From: Marispirochaeta sp.
GTDB lineage: Bacteria; Spirochaetota; Spirochaetia; JC444; Marispirochaetaceae
DNA length: 64,000 nt
NCBI GenBank assembly: GCA_963676835.2
Contig: CAXXFF010000002.1
Span: 1,440,001-1,504,000 of the forward strand
Direction: 5' to 3'
Positions 39,929-50,900 of the stretch are shown here, one piece after another; position 1 is the first letter of the stretch, and each line of letters opens with the position of its first letter. A program made the position numbers and the translations under genes. The notes under the pieces were generated by a model. That model did no database searches. It saw only the letters and a list, made by a program, of their open reading frames with translations, and was not told where the DNA came from.

Positions 39929-42900
39929 TTACTCCTCTATCAATGCTTTCAGAAACCCGATTCCCGTATAATCGGCAATCTTCGCCAGGGTAAGATCTCC
40001 CGGCATGCTGATTTTTTCCATAAATCCTGCATTCCGGGAAGTTTTCCGCAGATAACCGGGGAAGATTGTGCTGTGGACATCCCTGTGTGCCCCTTCGGCA
40101 ACCAGGTAGTCGGCAACAATTGTGGCCTGCTCTTCAAAGGCCAGGGTCAGCAGGGTGCGGCCCCAGACATCATGGGATTCAAGGTCGAAATCGGGCATTT
40201 CTGCAAGAACTCTTTGAAACTCCCCCAGGTCATCGCCAAGAACGGCGTAATAGAGTTTCAGCATAATTAAATCGGCATCGTTGACCATCTCCTCATCGAA
40301 AGCGCTTTGCCGGTAGCGGTCCATGAGGTCAGGATCGGCCCCGTATTTCAAGAGGAGCAGTCCTATTTCAATACCCCGGAAGGGGCCGACTGCATCAAAG
40401 AGCGGGGTTTGCTGTACCCGGTTTCTGCAGTTGGGGTCTGCTCCTGCAGCAAGAAGGGCATCTACAATCAGAAAGGATGTTTCCCGTGTCAGCATGCTTG
40501 TCTGTTTGACTGCAGTAAGTAGTACCGGGAAGCCGTCTGCTGCTTCTGTATCGGGGTCAGCGCCATCCTTTAAAGCTTTCAGCACTTCGCCGTAATTCAT
40601 ATAGCGTACGGCATTGGCCAGTGCCGCATCCGGCCCGACTGCCGCAACTGCTCCGGTTTCTTCCAGAAGAGTTCGGACTTCACTGCTTTTTGCCAGGTCC
40701 AGGGCGGTTTCTCCATTTTCGTTCTGCGCGGAGGCATCTGCACCGGCTTTCAGCAGCAGCTTGATACATTCACTGCTGTTTGCTGCAGATGCAGCCATAA
40801 GGGGTGTTGTCAGTCGGATTGTCTCTTTATCGGCCTCTTTATTCGGGTCGGCTCCCCAGTCAAGAAGCAGGTTTATCATATCAACGTTTCCCTGAGCTGC
40901 GGCGGATATAAGCGGGGTAATGCCGTTGGTACTCTGCTCATCAACTGAAGCGCCGATTTCGATGAAGAATTTCACTGTATCCAGATTTCCCTCTCCCGCG
41001 GCAATATGCAGCATGGAGCGGTATTCTCCTATGTTGTAGAACACCAGCTCATCTGCATCCCGCAGATGACTATGACGGATGGTATCGGTAATAAGGTTTA
41101 TGTCGCCGGTTTGGATAACATCCCGCATTATACTGTTGTAAAGGGCATTACGGTCGGGGCGTGCTCCCTGGGTCAGGAGATAGCGGAAGAGTTCATAATG
41201 TCTATTCTCCAGGGCCTTCTCCAGAGGCTTAACCGGGCCGGAATCGGTTTCATTAACACGTGCGCCTCCGCCTATAAGAAGTTTTACCATCTCCATTCTC
41301 CCGGCAGCAGCGGCAATCTCAATGGGATAGATTCCTTCAGCACCGGCTGCATCCGGATCTGCTCCCTTAACGATCAGAACACCGACCTGGCTCAGGTCTC
41401 CTGATTTTACCGCGTTTATCAGATCTTCCGCCCCGAAGGAGTGGTCCGATGGATCGGAGGCCCCATACTGTTTCAGGAGTTCCTGTATCTCCTGACTGCC
41501 ATCGGGAACCAGCTCCAGAGGGAGTTTATTGTCCGCGCTTCTCATGTCCGGTTCGGCACCATTCTCCAGAAGAAGACGTACTGCGTCAGTTTGTCCGGCT
41601 ATTACGGCTTCTCCCAGGGGAGTGGTATGGTCAACGTTGATATTCGGTGAAATCCCTGCATCAACAAGCCGCTGAATATATCTGAGACGTCCCAGATATG
41701 CCGCCTTGTTCATGGCGGCATATGCGCTTTTTTCTATTCCGGGCCGGACTGTATAGCCCGTAAGCAGGGAGAAGAGGTTGTCATCCTGTTTCTCCACAAT
41801 ATTTGATAAAGCGTAGGTTCCCAGGTAATCGGTGCTTAAATCAGCGCCCTTTTCCAGCATAAGCCTGCAGAGGTCCGGAAATTCCCCATTAAAGTTCCTG
41901 TATCCAGCTCGAATAAGAGTATTTAGGGGGGGATCCGCATCCCGGGTGGTTGATCCGTAGCCGGAAGCTTTTGCCGCCAGTACTGTGTTCACTTCTTCCG
42001 TTTCAAGGAACATCCGTAGTATTTCAGGCTTTCCGAAGGATATGGCACAGGCGAGGGGAGTGTCTGTTACTCCCGCACCTTTCCCGCATGCCTCGGCAAT
42101 CTTTACTCCTGCTTCCATGAGAATCCGGATAATTTCAATATCTCCCTCATTGAGAGGTTCCTGCCCGATTAAAAGGGAGGAGAGTGCGGGAATGTTTCGG
42201 GGCGCTTCATTGGGGTCCCAGCCAAGATCAAGAAAATAACGGACTGCCTCCGGATTGTGGGAGTCGGCGGCTGCCATATATGCCGGGGAAGGGTTGTCTC
42301 CACTTACTGCAAAGGGGTCATACTTTTCCGTCTCTATCAGTTCCCGGATAACCGGCATGTATCCCCCGGCGGTTGCGGGATGCAGAATATTCTGCCACTG
42401 GAATTCCAATGCCATATACTCTTCCGGCCGGGTTTTGGCGCGATAGTATTCTATTATCTCTTTATTGCCGGTTAAGAGGGCATTCCAGAAGGCCTTTGTG
42501 TAGTTATATTCCACCTCGGGATAGTCGGCGTAGATCTTCCGGGTAACATCAAAAAGGCCGTAATAGATGCATTGGCGGGATACCGAGTCCGGATCGAATT
42601 CCGCGCCTTTTTCCATGAGGTAGAGCAGGGCTTCCGGGCTGCTGAAACTCATGGCAACGTTGAGGGCTGTATTGTCCCAGGGATCGGGAGTATTTATATC
42701 CATTCCGTTGTCCAGGCAGAGTTGAATTATCCCGGGGAGGTTGCCCTCCGCCGCCGCGTGCAGCAGGCCCGGCCCCTGTTTATTCTGTATAAAGATATCT
42801 TCCCCGTGACTCAGGAAAAACCGTACCAGTTCTGCATTGCCCGCCCGGGCGGCTTTAAGCACTAATGGATAATCGCCGCCCAGTAATTCTTCCGGGAGGG

Positions 42901-43366
42901 ATTCAGTCCAGGATTCTGCCCGGCTTTTAAGCTCCTGCAGAGCCAGATCGTCAAACCCGAAGTAGAGGGTTGTATCGATTGTATCTTTATCGATAGTTAT
43001 TGAAGCACCGTTCTCAAGCAGCATTTTTACCATAGCTTTGTTGCCGGCAGACATTGCCAGCGCGATAGGCCGGTTGTTGATAGCGAAATCAATGGAATAG
43101 TAATCTTCATCACCCGATTCCTCTCTCAGCAGGTTCTCCGGAAGTAGGTTCGGGTCGGCACCTTCTTTCAGCAGTTTTTCTGCCGCTGCAATGTCTTCCC
43201 GGGCCACGGCATACTGAAAGTCAAACTGCCGGTTTGCGGCGTCTCTATCCAGGGCGGAGAGATGTATAAGTGGTATAAATGAGAACAGCAGTAATAGGGC
43301 TGAAATTATCAGAGATTTGAAATTCCTGCTGGTGACAGATGTTGTGTCCAGATTGAGTTGTTTCAC
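39929..43366 (-). CDS. Large exported ankyrin-repeat protein
   Basis: N-terminal hydrophobic leader and numerous TPL/TAL...LL-x-x-GA(D/E)P(N/D) repeats throughout. Confidence 0.9.
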   Translation of the reverse strand: MKQLNLDTTSVTSRNFKSLIISALLLLFSFIPLIHLSALDRDAANRQFDFQYAVAREDIAAAEKLLKEGADPNLLPENLLREESGDEDYYSIDFAINNRPIALAMSAGNKAMVKMLLENGASITIDKDTIDTTLYFGFDDLALQELKSRAESWTESLPEELLGGDYPLVLKAARAGNAELVRFFLSHGEDIFIQNKQGPGLLHAAAEGNLPGIIQLCLDNGMDINTPDPWDNTALNVAMSFSSPEALLYLMEKGAEFDPDSVSRQCIYYGLFDVTRKIYADYPEVEYNYTKAFWNALLTGNKEIIEYYRAKTRPEEYMALEFQWQNILHPATAGGYMPVIRELIETEKYDPFAVSGDNPSPAYMAAADSHNPEAVRYFLDLGWDPNEAPRNIPALSSLLIGQEPLNEGDIEIIRILMEAGVKIAEACGKGAGVTDTPLACAISFGKPEILRMFLETEEVNTVLAAKASGYGSTTRDADPPLNTLIRAGYRNFNGEFPDLCRLMLEKGADLSTDYLGTYALSNIVEKQDDNLFSLLTGYTVRPGIEKSAYAAMNKAAYLGRLRYIQRLVDAGISPNINVDHTTPLGEAVIAGQTDAVRLLLENGAEPDMRSADNKLPLELVPDGSQEIQELLKQYGASDPSDHSFGAEDLINAVKSGDLSQVGVLIVKGADPDAAGAEGIYPIEIAAAAGRMEMVKLLIGGGARVNETDSGPVKPLEKALENRHYELFRYLLTQGARPDRNALYNSIMRDVIQTGDINLITDTIRHSHLRDADELVFYNIGEYRSMLHIAAGEGNLDTVKFFIEIGASVDEQSTNGITPLISAAAQGNVDMINLLLDWGADPNKEADKETIRLTTPLMAASAANSSECIKLLLKAGADASAQNENGETALDLAKSSEVRTLLEETGAVAAVGPDAALANAVRYMNYGEVLKALKDGADPDTEAADGFPVLLTAVKQTSMLTRETSFLIVDALLAAGADPNCRNRVQQTPLFDAVGPFRGIEIGLLLLKYGADPDLMDRYRQSAFDEEMVNDADLIMLKLYYAVLGDDLGEFQRVLAEMPDFDLESHDVWGRTLLTLAFEEQATIVADYLVAEGAHRDVHSTIFPGYLRKTSRNAGFMEKISMPGDLTLAKIADYTGIGFLKALIEE

Positions 43367-43509
43367 ATATAATCCTTGAACATTGCTTATATTGTTTTTT
43401 GTGTTCCGGTGATCCTACCGTATCGGGACAATGCCTGCAAGCAGTGTGGACAATGTGAATAAATATGAATAAATTAGAATAATGGTAATGATGAAAGGAG
43501 CAATGCAGC

Positions 43510-43749
43510 ATGGCAAAAACAATTACTCTTCGCATTGATGACGATACCTACAGGTTATTTAAATCTGCTGCTGAAGGTGAACGGCGCTCGATTTCCAACT
43601 TTATCGAGTATGCGGCTATCGCTTTTTTGACCGAAGAGAGTTTTGTTTCAGACAATGAGATGGAAGAAATTATGAACGATAAAAACCTTCTTTCATCCCT
43701 GGACAGGGGCAGAAAAGAGATAGCTGAAGGAAAGTATAGAGTTGTCTGA
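43510..43749 (+). CDS. Ribbon-helix-helix antitoxin
   Basis: KTITLRIDD...AAEGERRSISNFIE. Upstream of and overlapping relE. Confidence 0.8.
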   Translation: MAKTITLRIDDDTYRLFKSAAEGERRSISNFIEYAAIAFLTEESFVSDNEMEEIMNDKNLLSSLDRGRKEIAEGKYRVV

Positions 43750-44017
43750 AGAGTTTGTTATTGCAGAAACAGACAGTTTTCAGAAAACGATTAAGCTGCC
43801 TGAATTTAAGAAACTTTACAAAAAGATTACCGACTATGTGTATCCTCTCATTAAGCGTAACCCCTATTACGGGCCCAATATAAAACGTCTGAAAGGTGAC
43901 TATTCGGACTTCTATCGCTACAGGATTGGCAATTACCGCCTGTTTTACACTATCAATGGATCAGAGGTTATCATCTACATTATTGATATTGTGCATAGAA
44001 AAAATGCCTATAAGTAG
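43742..44017 (+). CDS. relE: RelE/ParE-family toxin
   Basis: IKRLKG...YRYRIGNYRLFY...HRKNAYK. Confidence 0.9.
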   Translation: MSEEFVIAETDSFQKTIKLPEFKKLYKKITDYVYPLIKRNPYYGPNIKRLKGDYSDFYRYRIGNYRLFYTINGSEVIIYIIDIVHRKNAYK

Positions 44018-44041
44018 GCATTGCATATTTCAGTTTGCTTT

Positions 44042-45031
44042 TTACTCCTGACTGAATGCCCTCAGCATCTCTTCCAGATACCAGGACTCAAACTTGCTGT
44101 TTTTAATATACCCGCAATGTCCGCCGTTTTCCTGAAGAATAAACCGCACTGAATCGCTCATGGCGGCAGTTGAAATATCGGTATAGGGAATTATGGGGTC
44201 ATCCTTTGAGGTAAGCAGGGTAAAGGGCAGGGTTATTCCGTCGAGGTATCCCTCTTTGAGGGTATATCTGCCGAAGTAATCCTCCAGGGAGGTATAAGGG
44301 GTGTACTTCAGGAGTTCTTCGGTCATGGGAATGCAGCCATTCATGGAGAGGATCTTGCTGAAATCGTAGAGTTCCGGGTAGAGGCTCTGTTTTAAGGCCA
44401 GGGACTTTTTCCATTTTTTGAGAAAGTAGCCGCGGATAAGGGGAATGGTATCTACCCTGCGGGTGGAATCCAGGGGATCGATTGCCGGGTTAACGGCGAA
44501 TATGTGTTTCAGTCCGGTGAAGCCTTCATGGGAGGCACGTTTTGCAACGCGGATGCAGAAGTTGGCCCCCATGGAGAATCCTGCAAGGTAGGCGTCCAAG
44601 GAAGGGGCATTCAGCCGGATTATCTCTTTTACTGCTGCCCAGGCTTCGTCGATAAGGGTTCCAAGAAAAAAGCCCTCATTCAGGTGGTGGCTCTCACCAT
44701 GATCCCGCATGTTCAGCCGGAATACGTTGTAGCCCCGGTCGAAAAAGTAGCGGCCCGTACTGATCATGTAAGCAGATTTGGCGCTGCCCTCCCAGCCGTG
44801 AAAAAGGATTATTAGTCCTTTTGCGGGTAAAACTTTCTGCCCGGAAAGGAATCCCTGAAGGCGGATACCGTTGCCGGCATCTATAATCTCTTCAGTGCTG
44901 CATCTCTCAAAATCAGTAATACCCCTGTTCCTGAATTTCGCGCTGTTCAGCAGAGTCTGTCTCATAGGGCCCTTGATGTACCAGGGAGGGGTGAATGGAG
45001 TAGATGTTTTTTGTATCTGGCTGTTTTTCAT
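44042..45031 (-). CDS. Alpha/beta hydrolase (YheT family)
   Basis: HGWEGS, GFSMG nucleophile, DDPII, GGHCG. Confidence 0.9.
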   Translation of the reverse strand: MKNSQIQKTSTPFTPPWYIKGPMRQTLLNSAKFRNRGITDFERCSTEEIIDAGNGIRLQGFLSGQKVLPAKGLIILFHGWEGSAKSAYMISTGRYFFDRGYNVFRLNMRDHGESHHLNEGFFLGTLIDEAWAAVKEIIRLNAPSLDAYLAGFSMGANFCIRVAKRASHEGFTGLKHIFAVNPAIDPLDSTRRVDTIPLIRGYFLKKWKKSLALKQSLYPELYDFSKILSMNGCIPMTEELLKYTPYTSLEDYFGRYTLKEGYLDGITLPFTLLTSKDDPIIPYTDISTAAMSDSVRFILQENGGHCGYIKNSKFESWYLEEMLRAFSQE

Positions 45032-45148
45032 ACTGTTTCTTCCGCCTGCAGCTGCAATAGTATGAGATAGGAATAATCTCTGCAAGGCAGGTGGTTTCGA
45101 CTACTTCGACAATGCACAGCATAACTCTGCTCAACCACCAAGTAAAAA

Positions 45149-45177
45149 TTGACGAAAGTGTACCCTGTGGCTATAAT
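45149..45177 (+). promoter_or_regulatory. sigma70 promoter of phd-vapC
   Basis: TTGACG-17-TATAAT, 6 nt before ATG. Confidence 0.8.
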
Positions 45178-45183
45178 TAAAGC

Positions 45184-45480
45184 ATGATAACCGTTGGAAT
45201 CAGAAATCTACGCAACGCACTCAGCAGGTATCTGGATCTTGTAAAACAGGGCGAGAAGGTAATTATTACCGATCACAACAGGATTGTGGCTGAAATTGTT
45301 CCGCCCCAGGCGGGACAAAGTGAATCTGAAATGCTGCAGAAATACCTGTCCGAGCAGATAAAATCCGGTGGTGTTATTAAGGCTTCCGGCAATTTCAGAA
45401 TTGAACCAAAAGATGCTGCTGTCCAGAAAGATTCAGACCTGGAAAAAATCTATACCGAAACACGGTCAGAGAGAGTATGA
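45184..45480 (+). CDS. Phd/YefM-family antitoxin
   Basis: VGIRNLRNALSRYL...GEKVIITDHNRIVAEIVP. Confidence 0.88.
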   Translation: MITVGIRNLRNALSRYLDLVKQGEKVIITDHNRIVAEIVPPQAGQSESEMLQKYLSEQIKSGGVIKASGNFRIEPKDAAVQKDSDLEKIYTETRSERV

Positions 45481-45911
45481 AAACCGGGTATATAGATACC
45501 AGCTTTCTCTTGTCCATTATTTTTAAAGATGAAAACTATAATGCATCGGTTGAACATTGGAACAATACGGAGTTCAAATACAGTTCAATCTTGCTGGAAA
45601 TAGAATCCAGAATTAACCTGTTCAAGTATTGTATTAAAAGCAGAGCGAATGAAGCATTATATACGGAAAAGCAGCTTGAATTAAACAATCTCTTAAGCAG
45701 CATAAATCTTAAACTGATAGATAACGAGATAAACCTCGAAATTAAAAACAACGATGCCCTGAAGCGAGCCCGGTCGCTGGACAGTATTCACCTGGCTACT
45801 GCACATATAATAAACAAACTGGATACAGAAAAGATCCTTTTGTGCAGCTACGATAAAGAGATGAGCACAGTAGGCAGAGAGTTGGGTATGAATATCCTCA
45901 GTAAAGGATGA
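45477..45911 (+). CDS. vapC: PIN-domain (VapC-like) toxin
   Basis: YIDTS, EIE, RSLDSIHLATA, SYD. Confidence 0.88.
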   Translation: MKTGYIDTSFLLSIIFKDENYNASVEHWNNTEFKYSSILLEIESRINLFKYCIKSRANEALYTEKQLELNNLLSSINLKLIDNEINLEIKNNDALKRARSLDSIHLATAHIINKLDTEKILLCSYDKEMSTVGRELGMNILSKG

Positions 45912-45915
45912 TTAG

Positions 45916-46233
45916 CTAACCGCAGGAACTGCAGGAGGAGCACTTGGACGGTGTGCATGCCGGCGGTTCTTCTATGTCGCCAATGCTGCCGTCGTACATC
46001 AGCACGCTCCACCAGAAGCCCAGTTCATCCAGCATGGTGTTCTGCTCTTCTGTGGGGGATTCGGTTTTAAGATGGTTCAGGGATTCCTCGAATTCATAAA
46101 GCTTGAAGTGGAAGCCCGATTCCTGAATCGCATGCAGTACTTCCAAGGATGAGCCGTACTTGTAGAAGGATTTGCGCAAATCGTTATTCTTTACAATCTC
46201 TTTAATGAATTTCTCGGCATCGATTAATGGCAT
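45916..46233 (-). CDS. Nif11-like small protein with Cys/Ser-rich C-terminus
   Basis: AEKFIKEIVKNNDLRK...AIQESGFHF...E resembles the Nif11 leader. Tail CTPSKCSSCSSCG, SD AAGGAAGGA. Confidence 0.7.
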   Translation of the reverse strand: MPLIDAEKFIKEIVKNNDLRKSFYKYGSSLEVLHAIQESGFHFKLYEFEESLNHLKTESPTEEQNTMLDELGFWWSVLMYDGSIGDIEEPPACTPSKCSSCSSCG

Positions 46234-46283
46234 ACAGCGCTCCTTCCTTTTCTTTGCTGACTTAAGATAACACTATTAAACAA

Positions 46284-46300
46284 TGCAAGGAGCGTACCAA
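46284..46300 (-). promoter_or_regulatory. sigma54 (-24/-12) promoter
   Basis: TTGGTACGCTCCTTGCA versus consensus TTGGCACG-N4-TTGCA, with exact GG-N10-GC spacing. Confidence 0.8.
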
Positions 46301-46497
46301 ATATTCTAAACTACAAAAAAGGTTTGTAATTCTTTTTATTGTGGGTAATTACGTGCCTGCTTTATTTTTCTTTGATACTGTGAAGTGCAAAAAGAAGCGC
46401 ACCATAATGTAAACTCATGCCTCTTTCTTACCTGGAAGTAAAAAAGGGACCAAAGCCAGTTTGACCCCGGTAGTTTCCTCAGGTATAGTCGCTAATA

Positions 46498-47328
46498 ATG
46501 AAATCGTTAATAACAATAAAAACTGACAAGACCCTTTCCCCTGCAGAAGAGCGGTATCTTCGCCGCTTTGTACTAGGGAATCTCATTGCAAAGTACATTA
46601 TTCTTACCAGTCAGGCCGCCGGTTTTGTCTTCATTATATATCTTGTTCTGGAATGGCTGATCCCGGGTCTTACAAATAGTTTGTCTTTCAGGGATTTTGA
46701 TTATCTTGCTGCGGCTGGGAATATTCTGGCCCTCCTTTTATTCCTGATCTTAATTCTGGGCTCCGGGTTGCTTGTGCTGGGCTGGCATCCCTTGCGAGCG
46801 GGTTATTCCATAATGACTTTACATGCCGTTGTCACCCGGAAAGGGAGGTCCCTGCAGTATGGCCCCCTTATTGCTCCGCCGCCATGGCGGAAGTACTTAC
46901 CTGAGCAAAGCCCCATTCCCCTGAAGGTTGCCGAGTTCAACGGATTTTCTGATCTGGGAAGGCGGGCACCGATTCTTTTAGGAGTTCCGCAGCTTGGGCT
47001 GGACATGGATCAACATGCGAAACTGGGACTGCTTAAATACCGTAATACCCTGTTCCCCGGTGTTGCAGCTGTCGTAAGTATTTTCGGGATGCTGGCAGCA
47101 TGGATCGGGGAAGTTGACCGGATGGGATTCTTTGCAGGAATTGAGATATCCCTTGCTGCCTGGGTAATGAATGACACTGTACATAGAGCTTTTGCAGCCT
47201 TTTCTGTCGTCGGTGTCTGGTCGGTTTTCACCTTACTTTTTGTCATCCCGCGTAATCTGATAATCCGTTGCCGTATTAACAAGGAAATTGCGGGACGGTC
47301 AAAAAAGAAGAGCACCTGGTATAAGTAG
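46498..47328 (+). CDS. Hypothetical membrane protein
   Basis: About four TM segments. Upstream TTGACC-17-TATAGT. Confidence 0.65.
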   Translation: MKSLITIKTDKTLSPAEERYLRRFVLGNLIAKYIILTSQAAGFVFIIYLVLEWLIPGLTNSLSFRDFDYLAAAGNILALLLFLILILGSGLLVLGWHPLRAGYSIMTLHAVVTRKGRSLQYGPLIAPPPWRKYLPEQSPIPLKVAEFNGFSDLGRRAPILLGVPQLGLDMDQHAKLGLLKYRNTLFPGVAAVVSIFGMLAAWIGEVDRMGFFAGIEISLAAWVMNDTVHRAFAAFSVVGVWSVFTLLFVIPRNLIIRCRINKEIAGRSKKKSTWYK

Positions 47329-47362
47329 TTTTTTAAGAGTCCCCTATGGTAAATTCAGGAAA

Positions 47363-47794
47363 TTATTCCACCGAACGATGGCGTTCCAGCCAGAAAAGAA
47401 ATGAAATGAGCAGGGCGTTCATGGCCAGAAACAGCGGAAGGGTATCTATGATGCTGATGTACTGCGTTGTGCTGCGGACATACCAGCTGGCATCAATTGA
47501 ATAAAGCTGGGGGCATGGTGTGCCGGCTCCACGGCACTCAAAAATGAAGGCTGCATAGAAAATGTTGCTGAGAATAAGTGCGGTAAACCCGTGAACCATA
47601 TATCCTCTGGCAATTTTACGGGTTATCAGAACTCCCAGAATCAGCAGGCAAGCCTGCAGTAGAAGATGGATGGATGATATCCCAAGATGGTTGGCTCCGG
47701 CAAATGAGAAGATCTGCGGCAGGGTTACGGCTGCAGAGAGAAGGCAGAAGAGAGTAAAAAACACAGTTGCTCGAAAAAACGGACTATTTCTCAT
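47363..47794 (-). CDS. Hypothetical membrane protein
   Basis: Four hydrophobic segments, fills the gap between genes. Confidence 0.6.
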   Translation of the reverse strand: MRNSPFFRATVFFTLFCLLSAAVTLPQIFSFAGANHLGISSIHLLLQACLLILGVLITRKIARGYMVHGFTALILSNIFYAAFIFECRGAGTPCPQLYSIDASWYVRSTTQYISIIDTLPLFLAMNALLISFLFWLERHRSVE

Positions 47795-47916
47795 ACACAC
47801 TCTTTAAATAATTTTCAAACAGACTTGAATCCTATAATGGAACGATATAATGCGCAAGAAAAAAAATTAATCTGCCATGGACGAAAACGGGAAAGTGATC
47901 GTAATATGGTCGGGCT

Positions 47917-50900
47917 ATGAAAAAACATTATCTTCCAATAAGCGTTCTATTATTTGCTGCTTTACTGTTCAGTACCTGTACTTCAAGTGCAGTTAACACC
48001 CTTCCCGATCCACGCCAGATACAGGCGGTTACAAGTGGCGAGCTTGGCCTTTCCTCGCCGGTAAGGATTGTTTTTACCAAAGCACTGGGCGAACAGGGAA
48101 CGGTGCCTGCCGTTAACCCTCTGCATATCCGTCCCCGGGTGGCCGGTTCTGTTGTCTGGGAGGATGACTGGACCCTCAAGTTTACCCCCGAGGAGTTATA
48201 CCGGCCTGATACCGAGTACCGCATCTCTTTTTCTGCTGAGTCCGGTCCTTTTTCGGAGATCAAATCCTTTGAGTACGGCTGTCATACCGTATCGGATTCG
48301 CTGCTGCTTGAAAAAGAGACCCTGCGCATACCTGATCCTTCGGTTGCTGAGTCAATGGTGCTTTCCTGTGCTGTTACTGCAGCTGAGGGACTGACCGCCG
48401 ATGCCGTGGCAGAGAAGATCGAAGCAAAACTTGACGGCCGTGTACTGCCGGTGTTCGTCGCTCCTTCCCCCGACAGCGACGGCTACAGCCTCAGCGTTGA
48501 CGGTATTGTAAAGAGCGGGAAGAGTGCTGATCTTGTTCTTTCCTGGAGTGAGAAGCAGGGCGGCAAAGTGAGAAAGCTGCAGAAGGTTGTTACTGTTCCC
48601 GGAAGCAGCGATTTTTCCGTTCTTTCAATTCGGCCTGTGCCCGAGCCGAATGAGCATATTGAAATAGTCTTCAGCCAGCCTCTAAATGAAACACAGCCTC
48701 TGGAAGGGCTGGTTTCTGCCATGGGACTGGAGAATCTGACGCTCAACCGTAAATCAAACATAGTCAGACTCTATTCGAACCGGAAGCTGCCTAAAAGCGC
48801 AGAGGTGCTGGTGAGCGAACTGGTAATGAGCTCCGGCGGTGTCGCCCTGGGTTCGGATAACCGCAGCACGGTGCGGATTCCCAGCCAGAAGCCGCTGGTC
48901 CGCTTTGTCGGCAACGGGGTAATTATTCCCACCAGTCAGGGAACCACCGTCCCTATTGAAACGTTGAACCTGTCCGCCTTTATGGTGGAGGCCGTAAAGA
49001 TTTACGGTGACAATATGCGCCAGTTTCTGCAGATTAACGACCTGGACGGTGACAAAGAGATGTACCGGGTTGGTGATGTTATCTGGCGCAAGGTTATTCA
49101 GCTGGACTGGGATGATGAAAATACCGATCGCTGGGTCCGCTACGGACTGGATGTTTCGCCCCTTATAAAGGGAGATCCCGACGGCATGTACCAGCTGCGG
49201 GTAACATTTCGCAGGCCTCATATAAAATATCCGGGCGCAGAAGGTGCCACAGCAGAGCCTGTTACCTGGGATAATCTTTCCGCCGGCGAATCCGGGGAGT
49301 CCAGCTTCTGGGACAACTGGCAGCCGAACTACTCCTGGGATTACCGCCGCAACCGGAATGACCCCAACCATCCTGCCTACTACCAGAAATGGAATGATCA
49401 CGACATCAGTGCCGCTCGGAACGTGCTGGTATCGAACCTCGGGCTGATTGTTCAGCAGGGTGCGGATGCTGATGCAATGGAAATCAGCGCCACTGATCTT
49501 CGAACAGCAGAGCCTGTACGAAGTGCCGAAGTTTCCATCCTCAATTATCAGGGCAGGGTGCTGGATTCCGCCCGAACCTCCGGCAGCGGAACTGCTACCC
49601 TCAAATCTCCTGCCGAGGCTTTTCTGGTAACCGCCTCAAGGGGGAGCGACAGAGCCTATGTTAAGGTGAATGACCAGTCCGCCCTTGAAACCAGCCAGTT
49701 TGATGTCAAAGGTGTTAAGCCCCATAAGGGCGTTTACGGCTTTATTTACGGAGACCGTGGAGTCTGGCGGCCGGGAGATACGGCCCACATGAGTTTTATG
49801 CTCCATGACCCCCAGAGGGTTATACCCCATAATCATCCGGTAGTAATGGAATTGTCCGATCCCCGGGGAAGTGTCCGGGAGAGCCGGACAGTTACCGACA
49901 ACGAAGGCGGTCTTTACTATTTCCCTATAGATTTTGCCGCCGATGCCCAGACGGGTAACTGGACCATGAGGCTTCGGTTGGGTGGGCAGGTTTTTGAAAA
50001 AACCGTAAAGGTTGAGTCGGTTATGCCCAACCGTCTTAAAATTATGCTTGATCTTGCCTCTGCAGGAGGCGCCGGGGAGGCTTTAAGCAACGGAATCCTC
50101 TCGGGAACCCTCTCTTCTGTCTGGCTTCACGGTGCAATCGCTTCAGACCTGAAAGCCAGTGTTGATATGAGTTTTTCTCCCGCACAGACCAGTTTCCCCG
50201 GCTACAGTGAGTATGTCTTTGATGATCCTGTAGGTCAGTTCTTCTCTGACCGGGAATCGATTTTTTCCGGCAATCTTGATGAGGATGGAAAGGCTCAGAT
50301 ACGCAAATCCGTGCGTATTAACGATGCTCCCGGAAGACTTACTGCCACAGCCAGCACCCGGGTGTACGAAACCGGCGGCAGCTATTCCAGTGAATATGTA
50401 AGTTTCCCCTTTGATCCTTATGATCAGTATGCGGGAATCAAGGTACCCAAAGGGGATGCCGCCAGAGGCATGCTCTTAACCGATGAGGATCAGAGAATAG
50501 ATATTGCCCTGCTGAACAAAGACGGCAGCCGGGTTTCCAGCGGACGGGTAAAGGTTGAATTGATTAAACTCAACTGGCGCTGGTGGTGGGAGACGGATGA
50601 AGAGAATCTTTCCAATTTTATGCGCCGCCGCTCTTATACGGTACGGCTGGAAGATGAAATTGATATAAGCAACGGCCGTGGATCCTGGACATTCCAGCTC
50701 CACTACCCCGAGTGGGGCCGTTACCTTATCCGGGCCACCGACAGGTCTTCCGGCCATGTTACCGGTAAAATTGTCTATATTGACTGGCCCGGCTGGGCCG
50801 GCAAGGGGCAGAAAGAGGGGATGGGCAGCGCCTCCATGCTGGTTCTCAGCGCTGACAAGACTGCCTGCACCGTGGGAGAAGAGGTGACTGTCAGTTTTCC

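Noticed and set aside
46301..46460. NifA UAS or NtrC site upstream of the sigma54 promoter
   Set aside because: No TGT-N10-ACA seen. Only partial palindromes (TACAAA-N5-TTTGTA, GTGC-N10-GCAC), too weak to assign.
43367..47916. Integron cassette array (TA pairs plus orphans)
   Set aside because: Mixed orientations, genes have their own promoters, and no repeated attC-like sites or integrase were seen.
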